Shown one piece after another: positions 12,601-24,022 of a DNA stretch of 64,000 bases; positions within the stretch are counted from its first letter, which is position 1, and every line of letters starts with the position of its first letter. Position numbers and translations under genes: made by a program. Below the pieces are notes generated by a model. That model had not been told where the DNA came from. It did no database searches and saw nothing but the letters and a program-made list of their open reading frames with translations. Origin of the DNA: Hyphochytrium catenoides (lineage: Eukaryota > Protista > Hyphochytriomycota); contig FLMG01003327.1 in NCBI GenBank assembly GCA_900088475.1, positions 4,737-68,736 of the forward strand, in the 5' to 3' direction.

Positions 12601-15600
12601 CGGGTGAGATATTAAATGTGAGCCTTTGAAGGCAAAGGAAATGCTCATGGAAGGGGAGTTGTTCTTTGCGGGATGGCAGCTCAACAAAGAGACCTCAAGG
12701 TCTAGAGAGAGAAGGCAGGACGAATAGATTGTTACCCTGATTCTTCTTTGTATCTCTGCTTCGCGGTGCTCTCTTAAAAGTTTTCTTTTATCGACGGTAC
12801 CACCTGTCTCTTCCATGCGCCTATGAAAGGGGTTCGTCAGAACAAGAGCTGTTTAGAAGAGGACAGAGTTCCAATGTGGCGTCACGAGAAGGAAAAATTG
12901 ATGGCTCTTCAGAAAGAAAGCCCTCGAGGAAGGGTGATCTTCAGCGTCCCAGAGACAAAGGCTTACTTCTTCTTGGCTGCCATTCGCTCCAGATGCCTCA
13001 TAGCCTCCCTCCGACGGATCTTCTCTTCTCTAAGCATCTCTTTTCTCTTCTCTTCCTGCACCACTAGAGTTAGGCACGTTCTCATAGGCACTGACAAAAA
13101 CTTCAGAAGATGTGTTCAATGTAGGGCCGCTAAGTAACCCTTAAGAGAAGGGGCAAATGCGAGAAGGATGAAATTCTAAGAGCCTACCTGCTCTTGTCGT
13201 TTCTTCTCCTTTAGCTCATGGAGAGAGAGAATAGCCTCTCGTTTGGCCTTCTCGGCCGCCATAATCTTTCGAAGAGGCGAAGAGTTAGACAAGATCCTTA
13301 ACCTACTCGTTCCCGTGATTAATCGCTATGGCTCTTCTATGCCGTCCCTCGTCCATTGTCTGCTAAGATTAGCAACAATCTCATCGCATTATTCTCGCTT
13401 GGCTCCTCTCGTTCCAGCGGAAGATTTATGGAGAACTTGCATCACCCTTGTCATCAGCTCTCTCTTCTACGTGAGTTTCGTACCTTTCGGTACCACTTCT
13501 GTATGATCTTTGCCGCATTCTGCTTCAGATTCTTGATATCCTTTTTCCAAAGGCTTCGAGCAGCCATCGCGCGCTGAACTTTTTGCTAGTGGATATCCCA
13601 AAGGTTGATAAGAAAAAGCCAAACGACGTAATCAAGTGAGAGTCAACGGCATCTAATGCGTCTCAAAAACAAAGAGTTCTGACTACAAATGGTATAAAAG
13701 CTATTGAAGAGCAAGTCTGGCAAAGGAGGACTATTCTAGGACCAACAACGACATAGAGAGTGACGTGGCGGAGCGCTATAGCGAAACTTGGGAAATGAAG
13801 GAAAAGGTGGACAAAATTGCCGTCGAAAGAGAACGAAATGAGTAAGATCGGGTAGGAATGAGAATAATTGACTTGGCAGCCCAATGCACAAGCTTAGGGG
13901 TAGGAGAGTTAGGCCAAGGGACGGTGATCGGGATAGATATTAGTAGCAATCCGGGGGCGGAGTGAAGGCAACGGGCAGGGTTTGATAGCATCAACGGCGG
14001 AAGGGCTGAAAGTACCTGAATATGGAACTTCCCCTGGCAACGCTCCACGTAACGCCGGAAGGCGCTGAGTGCCATCGCTGTCGCTTTCGTTACTTCTTTC
14101 TCTTTTTTGACGCTGGCCCCTCTTTGCTTCACTTTTAATCCCATGACCTCTGCCCAAGTCGCGTCCATCTAGGACGATTGGAAGAATGAGATTCAGAAAC
14201 GACTTTTGAACGCCAAGAGAGAAGTAGTTATGATGTGAAAGAGAGCGCTTTAGATACCGAAGAAAAGGAATGGGGAGAGACATCAAAGCTACACTGCGCT
14301 CGCACCTGAGAGTCCAGCTGCTGAAGCTTTAACTGGACGCTGCGCAGCTCTTGCTCCGCTCTGACAACGTCATTCCGAGCAAGAAAGAGAGACGTGCGAT
14401 AGGCGCCGTGCTCTAGTTTTTGATTATGACGGCAAAGACATGGAATCGTTGGGCAACAATTTGAGATGGGGAGATGATGGTTGAGGGAGGAGAATGGATG
14501 AGCGCTAATTAGAGATTACAGCGGATGAGGTGATGAGAAGGCCGGTCAAACCTCACGGAGCTATCTACAAGACACAATGTTCTACGGATAAACGCATGAG
14601 CATCTGAAGCAAGGGAGAGTAGAATGAGCCTGAACGTTGGCCACGTCAACTCTTATTAAGGCGCAAGGAGAACGGACCGAGCTCCTCCTTCTTTTCAAGC
14701 TGTCGACACTTGAACTGGAAGTCTTTCAAGGCTTTGAGCCTCCTTTCCTCTTCTATCTCAAGGGCTTTCTTCTCATCTAAGCCCTCCATCGTCTCTTGCA
14801 GCCGGCCCAACATGTAGAGCCGTGTGCCTAGACATAGTATTGCAGCGTGATAGCATTAGCTACGTTGCATTGAGAGCTCACGGAGAGAGCAGACACTGTG
14901 ATGGTCTTTCAAGAGAAAATTGAAACGACAAGAAGACCATCGGGACTCAAAATACGGAGAGACAACAAACCAAAGGCAGCAGAACGAAGAGGTTGGGACG
15001 CAAACAAAAATGAACCAAGCTAGCGACTTGGTCCAAACAATCAAAAGCCATTGAAAAATCTTTCGTGGTGCACAACAGAAAGCCGAGATACTTTAACCAG
15101 GCTGTGAATGGGAGGCACAACTGTAAAGATTTGCTACAATTAGCGCCTTACCGTCATCTTCGAATTTGAACTCGGCCACTATGTCATCGTCCATGTGAAG
15201 AAAGACATCGACAGTGCCCGCTAAAATGACACTCAGCTCTCCAAATCGAGGAGGATGTGTGCATTCCGGCGATCGCGGAGTATATTCCGGCATCTGCAGA
15301 ACAGAGTGAGGGCCTAAGCTCAGTCAAAGATAGCAATTCAAGAGGATCGAGCAGGACCACACATTGAAAGAAGAATGACTGTTGGCTATGAAGCATGACG
15401 TGAAGCAGCCTTAACAGACAAAGCTGCACGCTGTTGAGAGTTATAGAGTGATGTAAGTCAAAGAACCGTACGTAGAGAGGAGAGACAAGGAAAAGAGAAG
15501 AGACATTTGCATGGTGGGATGCTGACCTGATGAAAAGTCTTCTTCATCATCTCATTTACCAGGTAAGTGGCCAGAACCTCATCATGAAAGAGTCTGTGGA

Positions 15601-18600
15601 AAACTCGCACGCAGGCAGGCATGGCGCAGTAGATGATCTGAAAGATTCGAAGGAGTGGAGACCAGAGAGGGTAAAGGCGTGCACAGGCTGTTAAATGCCA
15701 GACAAAGAAAGATCTCTTTAGGCCCATAACAACTCTGGTTACTGAGCTTGCGCTACTTTGTCGTGTCGAGAGGTAAAAGGGGAAGAATCTCGGAAGAAAC
15801 TTATGACATAAGGAAGCAACGATGGGACCTTCAGGCCGTCTGGCACTTTTGGATGATCTTGAAGGTAAATGAAGTCCAATGGTGCCGTCTTCCACTTGTT
15901 ATCAAAGCTTAGGACCTATTAGGGACAAGGAAATGTTACATAAAAGTCTTAGTCGCAGCTCAAGAGATCCTTTCGGAGCCATATGGCAGCACTCCAGATG
16001 GCGTAAAGATGGTAGCACTAGGTTGGAAGGCAGCCACTTGAGACGTTCTGAGTGGAACTACCTTCTCTTTGCTGGCCAGTCGTAGCGCATACTCGTTCTC
16101 GAACAGTGATCGGATATGGAGGAAGAAGAGCAAAGTCTCGAAATCATACATCTCACTCAGGAACATGCAAAACAGTTGAACCTGGAAGAAGTAAGAGTGA
16201 GCGAACTATGGAGGCCCATAGAGAAACGCTAAGTGGGGCTCTGTGGCATAACCAAAAGTAGACGATAGGAGAAATGCTGATCTTATGCCCATACTTTCAC
16301 TAATTAAGGGATGTCAGATTTTAGGTTATTGACGGAAGATGAGGGAACGAACCTCCGGGAACTCTCTGGCATTGGCCTCTAGACCAAACAGAAAGTCTGC
16401 AGCGTTCTTTTGAGCCACAGCGGGCACTCCGTATGTTTGCAGTAGGTAACTCCACACGATCCGAGGCATTTCCACAGTGGGCTCAGAGATCACTTGAACG
16501 CCCAGGTAACAGAAAAGGACAGATGATGTTAAGGACGGGAAGATGTACCGGATGGGTATTTGCCTCCTTTAAGTGTTCTTCTTCTATTTGGTCCTATGCC
16601 TCAAGACTCTCTAGCTGTCAATCGCCGTCGTTGATTCTCTTTCTGTTAAGCCCATGATCGGTACCAGCCGCACCTGTGCTTTGGTCTTCTCCCTCATGGA
16701 ATCCTTCGCTCTCCGCAGGAAGCATGTAAGAGTACTTGAAGGGCTTACGCTCCTTTGGATGATCTCCAAATTGAGTCTCCAGCTGCATAAATCGGAGCTT
16801 ATTCAGAAGTAGTCGGTAGCAGACCTCTGTTCGCCAATGAGTAGCAACTTTTTTCTAGGGCTTTTGCAGGCTATGTTGAGGCGTGATATGAGTTCTTTCT
16901 TTGGCTCCCTTCCGCCCTCAACTCTTTGGTTTTTCTCCCCTCCATTACACCTGCTTTCTGCTTCAGAGGTCTGGTTTGAAAGCTACGACCTCTGACAATC
17001 CTCCTGGTTGCGGCCTATGGTGCTGTATGGTTTACCTTATGGCACATGTCGTATATCTCTTCTATGCTTTGCAGGATCCATATGATGGGCCTCTCTTGAG
17101 GCTCAAATTTACCTGAGTGATTTTGAGCGGCAAGTTTGAGACAGGGCTTCATAGGCTTTACCTTCCAGATAGAATGGGAAAGAGAGGACCACCATACGGT
17201 AGACACCATGCTAGCAAAGTGGATCTGGCGAGCCAAGAATTAAGGAAAAGTGCTCGAAAGGTTCTATGAGCATGCGTTGGCAGAAAGATGAAGGTATTGA
17301 AGACTTTTACCTTCGAATTTAGGGCCAAAGCCTTCAACGAAGCGAGGGTATCTCACACGATATTTCTCCGTATAAGATGGAGGCAGCAGGGTCTCCGGGC
17401 GACTATAAAGATAGGCGATAACCCGTTTTAGGCTCAAAGTAACTTACAACCAAGCCAAGTGTGTGAAAGACACTTGGAAGAAGGCAAGGAGGCAACCTGC
17501 TGCCGCCACTTGAAGTAGATGTCCTCTGTCTCTTGTGGGAAGGGGAACTAGGAGACACATTGATCCCGTCCTCAGTAACATTATTCGCTGGTAAAGAAGG
17601 CGATTGAGTCGGCCCATGGGAGGAAGATTCTTCATTCTGCTGTAGATCCTTTGCGCCTTGGCCTTGCTTTTTAAGTCGCTCTTCCCTTTTTCTGTGACGA
17701 CAACATAGGGAAAATGAGCACCTTGGGGCAATGATGTCTAAGGATAATAAACGTGGTAAACTGGCGTTGGGTGGGGGTGAACACTCGGGAAAGAAGAACA
17801 AAGAGTCAATGGCAGGTGGAAACAGCTGCACTCACTTGATGTGGAGCCGAACATACTCTATCTTGTCAAGGTAGGGCAGCATCAGCTTTTTCTGTTCAAG
17901 AACTTCGGGAGCCAGAAGCTGAACAAAACGAGAAGTCCAGGAGCAGTGATGTTTAGAACAAAAGGCTTAGCATGCATCGCAAAGATGTCTCCAGACATGA
18001 AGTAAGTACCGAGTGAGACGAAGGACATAAGCTCAGGGTGAAATGGTAGACGTATAAATGAGGGCACGAACTAGACGTGTAGAGGAAAAAGCTAATATCA
18101 TGTGTACCCTACCGACGACCTCTCGTCCAAACTTTCCAGCGGGCGCTGAGTATACTTGGGGCTAAGAGGCTCAATTTGAAGAGGACTACCAGGTCTGGAG
18201 GCAATGGTAGGAAGGGATAGGGCAAGATCCTTTTTGCCCACCGCATTGGTCTCAGGACGGATGAGGTCCTGCAGCTCCTTTTCAAAGAGAGCGAGCTAGC
18301 ACAGAACACATCATGATACTGCAGAACATTGGTGTGCTTTTAGTCTTACATCAACAGCTTGGCTTGTGTCATGACGGCTAGTGTCCTTTCGCTGCCTTTT
18401 AAAGCGGTTCTTGATGTCACCTAGACTCTGGTCTGCTGCTTCATAGGGACTTGCCGTGTGTTGGGCCCTAGGTACGGCAGAGTCACCCTTTGCGAGTTTG
18501 GCTTCATACGGCGGATACGGGGTAACATACTCTAACTTATTTTTCCGCTTTTCGATGGCGAGTGCGATTCTATCCTTCGCCGTCAGTGCTTCAGGATGAC

Positions 18601-18616
18601 CCTGTCTATGGCTCAT
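638..18616 (-). CDS. Very large multi-exon protein (~45 exons): helical N-terminal domain, coiled coils, many IQ motifs, ankyrin-repeat block, TPR-like repeats, degenerate EF-hand and ~8 WW domains
   Basis: ATG at 18616 (MSHRQGHPEALT...); stop TAA at 638 after GWEEVHDVDGYIYYHNPTTGESRWERP...NPS. The exon junctions I traced stay in frame, e.g. AAMTIQR|VYRGHRGR and INFW|EKSENEEGQEYWLNNRTGE. IQ motifs: IQAVWRGYAAR, IQCLWRKYRAR, LQAWTRGNQGR, FQALWRARKAK. Ankyrin: GNRPLHLA, GCTPLMYA, GRSPLHFC, GDTALMYA. TPR: AKEHYLRALELEPANP. It could be two genes if an untraced junction hides a stop/start. Confidence 0.75.
8028..10121 (-). other. Ankyrin-repeat block (about 8-9 repeats) of the large minus-strand gene
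   Basis: Spliced exons read GLSVLHCAACG, GFDVNLKDNQGNRPLHLA, GANIDALDGDGNSLILLAARLG, GLLHVTVNN, GTAAHIAASQG, ADINIQDKEGCTPLMYA, GMDVNEADNDGDTALMYACKAG, AAHHAAANGHRDLLRLLFEYGAD. Confidence 0.9.
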
Positions 18617-19199
18617 TGTCTCGCCATATACTTGCCAGAGTAATTGCTCCGCAATCTGCAGTGGCTCAGTACTTGTCGCCGGCGAGCTGATAGTGCCGTA
18701 CGCGTCATCCTAAACGCGCGAGAGTGCTAATTAATAGTTCTACCTTACGTAACAACGAATAAGGGACTCGTTCTCTGGCCCCTGCCATGCTCAACCGTCT
18801 GTAGGTAAGGTGGCTCTAAGGGCCAGAAAACGCCGCTAGAGAGACAGAGAACCCTGCTATAAGGCATCGTTCTATAAGGGTCTGAGCATGAGAAGTAACG
18901 CTAATGGAGGCTTCATCATCTGTGACTCAAGGAGGAAGAAGCGTCAGAAGTCATCAGAAGGCAATGCTGCTGCTGTGCTGCTTGCGCTTGGAGCTGTGAT
19001 CGGGGCCATCATCGCCTCGCCATCATAACGCACTTCCTGCTCTCGTGGTCAGGTCTGTCCTTTCGACACATATCAAACGCCAAGCAGTACGGAGAAATCA
19101 GATTCTGATACTAGATGAAGGGATCATGGCGAGATAATCGAGGAGATGCTTGCTTGGTTATCGAGTCCTTACTCCAACTGCTATCGTGATGCTTCTCTC

Positions 19200-19750
19200 C
19201 AGTGTTGGGTTTAAACGGTGTCTACAAAAGCAATCAACGTTTAAACCTTGTTTAAACGTTTAAAGTACCTGTTTAAACGTTTTATCCCGTTTAAATATAC
19301 TCGTAGCTCTTTTAAAGGCTGTTACAACCTTCCATAGGTAGCATAGCGCTTGTGTGTGGATAGCTCCGTCGTTCTTCAGTGAACCACCACACCAGCGCCC
19401 CATTCTGGTCTTTAGAGCGCATATACGTGAAAGTTGGGCACACCTAGGAGGAGAGGAGACGAAAGGCAGAGATCCTAATCACCGTTTAATGACGTTTCTT
19501 AGCTTGCAATCATCAAGCTGACCACTTGACATCAAGCTTCCGTCACTCAATACAGCTTTGATGGTCAAGCCAAACGGTAAATTCACGAAAGCTATATGAA
19601 ATATATCAGAAATTAAGGGAACTTTGGGTAGCTTTCATGAAACCTTCAATAGTTTAAACGCCTCTCATTTTCAATGAACGTTAAAACGGTGTTTAAACAA
19701 AGTAAAAACGTTAAAACATTTTGGGGTATAAACGTTCATTGCCAACACTG
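19200..19750. mobile_element. Non-autonomous DNA transposon (MITE-like), 551 bp, TIR CAGTGTTGG, 7-bp TSD TTCTCTC
   Basis: Left end CAGTGTTGGGTTTAAACGGT (19200). The reverse complement of the right end is CAGTGTTGGCAATGAACGTT (ends 19750): 9/9 terminal and 15/20 overall match. TTCTCTC flanks both sides (19193-19199, 19751-19757). AT-rich ends with repeated GTTTAAAC; no transposase ORF. Confidence 0.8.
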
Positions 19751-21006
19751 TTCTCTCATCATGCTCCCATCGATGATGTCCTTTCGCAGTGAGGTAGTAA
19801 GGTAACTTGGAAGGGCAGAGCTCTAAGATATCACTTGGAACAGACGTAGTAATAACCCTATTCGATCTTGAAAGCTTGTTCTGCTCTTCCCTCACTATTA
19901 CTAGAGATGCACCGCAATATACACACAGGGTAAGCGTATTGTTAAGTAGGTATTACTACTGCGTTGCAGAGGACTGGGGTCTTCTCTCTCCCTGCTTGTG
20001 TCCCCTTTCTTCCTTTCCCTGCCTCGCACAGTTCTGTTTGCTGCCGAATTTACAGAACCGTCCCAAGAACAGCACCGTTACTGCGTCACCTCTGTCTTTT
20101 ATTTAGTCGCAGTGCTACAACCGCTCGCTATCTCTTTTTCTCACATCCTCCTCCTCCCACCTTCCTGTCGTTCTATCAATCTGTCTGTTCCTCTTTTCTT
20201 CCTCTTTTCAGCTTTTCTGTTTCGAAAGGATCCGAATTTCCTTCCTTTTTTTGGGGTGAGACGGTACATATGAGAGAGATATTTCTCAACGAGACAGAGA
20301 GACAGAGAGAAGAACGGCGTTGCACTTTGTAAAGAGGGTTAGGTGAGAGACAGAGGACAGAGAGAGAGAGGGAAGAGTGGTTTTGATGTGGGATTCTGGA
20401 AGAAATGACAGGAGAAAGGATTGTGCACGCCTGAGCGCGGCGATGCCGCGGCACAGAACCTTGTTGTTTGGCGCTGAGTGAGAGTTGAGAGGCTGGAGAA
20501 TGGAGACAAGGCACCCTCTTTAGTTCGGTACTTGCTTCTCCGTTCATGCGCTGGCCATTATTATTCCTTTGAGGTTTCCAGCTGTAAGCTGTAAGTGTAA
20601 ACTGGTCCCCTACTACTAGTATTAGCTCCGGAAAGGCCTGGTTTATAGAGGTCTCTCGACCAACATAAGATTGAGACGCTGCAGCTCTACCTGTGTAGAG
20701 GAATAGATAGATTTATATCCAACCGTACTACTTCGCCCAAGGGAGTGAGTTCTTCGGAAAAGAGAAGCTAAAAAAGCAGTGTACAAGGAGAGAAAGACGC
20801 AAACTGGACCCATCAGAATGCCAAGTGGCATAGCTCTTATCCAGCATCACACCTTCCCTTTCTAACTTAGAGATTTGATCAACCGACGCGCGGGTGCCTA
20901 TTGACGGCTCGATGTAAGGGCCTGCACGGGTGCACGAGCCCTTTTCCCCTAATGAAGTCGTACTAGGATTAGCAAGCGACTTGACGTCGAGCTAGCAAGG
21001 GGCAAC

Positions 21007-22595
21007 ATGGAGGTGACGGGACCCTTAGAGTGGGCTTCCCTGTCCTGTTGTGCCTCGTTGGTGCTGCTCATGCTCTTCTCGGTGGGCTACTGCTGGCGGG
21101 TCTACGTGGTTCCGCCACTGCAGAATTTCTATGTCCGGTTTTTTATAACCTTATCCTTACTTAGCGGTCTGCACCTGTGGACAGTCATGGGTGAGCTCAC
21201 CTTCCGCTACACATTTGCTCTAGATCTATTTATTAGCTCTCTGCTGGAGGGCTATATCCTCTTTAACTTCTGGGTACTAGTGGTTATGCATGTGGGCGGA
21301 ACCAGTGCTGTCGTGGCTATTATAGAACATAGACAAAACTGCACAAGGTCCTCCCTTAGCAGGAAACGCTGTTCATGGTCCTACGTAGTCTTCGATGTGC
21401 TCAGGTTCAGTAATGCCCTTTCTGAATATCGAGCCCTGCGTCTGAGCTTCATACAGTGGGCAGTCATTAGGTGAGTTGACCATTGAGTCTCTGCCCGCAT
21501 TTTTCTCAGCCTCTAATCGGTCTCTCCCTCTTGAAAGGCCATTTATTGCAGGAGGGTTGGCATTCACCGCGGTTTCCTATAACACGGAAGAGCCTTACAT
21601 TATTGTCATTCAAGTAGTGCTCTACGTGCTAGAATATTTATCCTTTCTCCTGGTAGCGATGGGACTAATCAGGACAGTGTTGACGTGCATGCCCAAAATT
21701 GCGAGGTAACCCTTTGACTGCACTCACCTCTTGGTTGCTACCTTTCCCTGCTGCCGTCGCTCTTAGCCACCAAACTCTGGGTAGCTCCTTCATTCGTCTA
21801 TTGGTATCGCGCTGATGAGTTTTGGAACTTTCATTCGCTGACACCGCTGTCTCTCATGACAGGAGTGTACGAGTCTACCAAAAATTAGCCATCGTCCTTA
21901 TGGTCGCGTACATACCATGCGTACAATGGACTATCGTCAGCTTTATCACTGGATCGTCGCCGGGCTTAGAAGTGGTTCGCCTCTCCAGTGCTATCATTAT
22001 TTTCGAGTATGTGGCGTTGCAGAGCTGGATGACATGGATCGTCTTGACTGAGAAGTATCAGAGGGGAAACAGCCTTCTCACGGAAGTTACAACTGTCAGA
22101 GACAGTGACGGCAATACGCTGCATACGGAAGACCTCCGAATGTCCTCTCAGGCGGCAGGTGCCTCTACTAGGCGGAAGCCACAAGCCCCGAGGCGGCGAT
22201 GGTGGAAGGACTCTAGATGCAGTTTCCTCTGTCTTTGCGATATTTTAGCGGATCCGATCCCTGAGGTGCCAGCATTGGAGGATGCATTCGGAGGTCTCCC
22301 CGATCCCATTTTTGGTATAGAGATGATGGGATCCTGGGCTGCATCGCCCTTTCGGAGCAGAGTGGATAGCTTCTTTGTCACCTTCCTAGACCAGCGAGGG
22401 CTGATGTCTGTTACCTCAGAACGACATTTGCCATCGTCCAACTCAGAAAGGGCCTTCCCGTCTGTCGCTTCAGAAAGGGCATTCACCTCAGTGGCATCCG
22501 AGAGGGGTCTGACTTCGCTGACCTCCTATCACGACATTCTCTTCACTTTTAGGGATGAAGACTCCTCCTCTTCTCGGACGCATAGATGTTTATAG
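21007..22595 (+). CDS. Organic solute transporter alpha / TMEM184-family membrane protein (3 exons: 21007-21470, 21538-21705, 21863-22595; 454 aa)
   Basis: Multiple hydrophobic helices. SSLLEGYILFNFWVLVVMHVGG and spliced QWAVIR|PF resemble the family motifs (YEAFVIYxFxxLxxxYLGG, QYxxxRP). Both introns are GT-AG and frame-preserving. Confidence 0.75.
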
Positions 22596-23281
22596 TCCTC
22601 CCTCCTTCTCTTGCAAGGATGGCCTTTCCTGAGGTCTTTTACAAATAGAACGTTAGGTAAAGTTCCTTATGTTGAATTTTCTGTGTAACTCTCGCACTTG
22701 GAGCCGCCATCGATCGGGCATTACTTTTTTCAAGAGTCCGACAATCATACTTGGTCATTTGCCTATCCCACAATAATAGAAGTCGCCAAACCTCTCCTCT
22801 GTGCAATGGCCGCCATCTATGACAGAAGAAGTCTTGTGTGCTCGAAAACCACATCTTTCTTCGCCCTCCTTTCCCTCCCGGTGATGAGGACCGAAAGACG
22901 GAGCTATTTTATGGTGCTGGCAAGAGATAGACCATCGTGGTGGAAAAGCTCCGGGACCTATCTTATCGAGGGAAGCGACCAAGGAACTTGAACACTAGAC
23001 ATGATAGTGAAGAACTTCGAAGGGGAACTGAGCTTCGCCAAGCTAACGACTTTCCTCCTTCTCTTCTCCCGCTATCTAGTACTGGGATGCAGAGGTAGCT
23101 GCCATCTTCATGATTTCTATCACTAGTCGTCATTAGAGCGGGACTCAAAGTGAGTTTTGATGATGATGGGCAAGGGCACACAACATCCTCTACGTATTGA
23201 AGGACTGCTACATTTATTTAGTAGCACTCCTTTGCTGCTGAACTATGTATTCTCTTTTTCACTACGTAAGGCCTGCTGCAT

Positions 23282-24022
23282 TTAGCCCTCTTCTTCTGCT
23301 AAGATATCCCCCTTTTCACTATCGTCATCCTTTTGAGGCTGAAAGAAAATGTACGTTGTGTCGTAGGGCACCTTCTCATACTGATCCGTGCTCGCAGCAG
23401 TACATTTGACCCCATCCGGTGCTACCCCACCCTCGGTGTTCACACGCAATACGTACGTAGTAGCGCTGAGGATGCCATCTAAAGATGCTCCCGTCTTCTC
23501 GGTTTGCAGCCAAGGTATATTCTTGCTTGCATCGGGAGAAGGAAGAGTCACCAAGGCTTTCGTGGTTACCAAGCTCTTTTCAGCTGTCAGTTCCCAAGTC
23601 GGTCGACCGCCATTCGCATCTTTGACTGGCAGAAAGTAGTGGATCCCTAGCGCAATCTTCTTCAAGGACTGATTACCGTGCCGATATAGCTTGGCTTCTG
23701 GTTGATCGAAGATCCAAGCGGTGCCATTACATCCTGGTTGAAGCGGAAGAGGGAGGGCATTTCGTAAGCAGTGTTATGTGCTCGCACTGGCGCACATCTA
23801 CAATGGCTAAAGAAAGAGCGATTTTGACTTACTATAGTTCTGAGTGCCCTTGGCATAAAGCTCCAGGAAGCAATCATTCCCAGCCGGTGGTATCAAGGAA
23901 GCAGGAACGGAGGGGAGCACTTTGCATTTGGCTGGTCCGGCAGATACGGTCCCTAAATGCTGCTCACCCACAATCACAGCTAGTGCTGCCGCAAAAGCAG
24001 CTGGCAACTTGAAGAACTTCAT
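23282..24022 (-). CDS. Secreted DUF3455-family protein (2 exons: 24022-23833, 23733-23282; 213 aa)
   Basis: Signal peptide MKFFKLPAAFAAALAVIVG. The spliced product reads LYAKGTQNYRCNGTAWIFDQPEAKLY...GIHYF...PTWE...NIPWL...TYVLRVNTEGGVAP...C...VPYDTTYIFF, the DUF3455 signature blocks. The intron is 99 nt, GTAAGT..CCAG. Confidence 0.85.
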
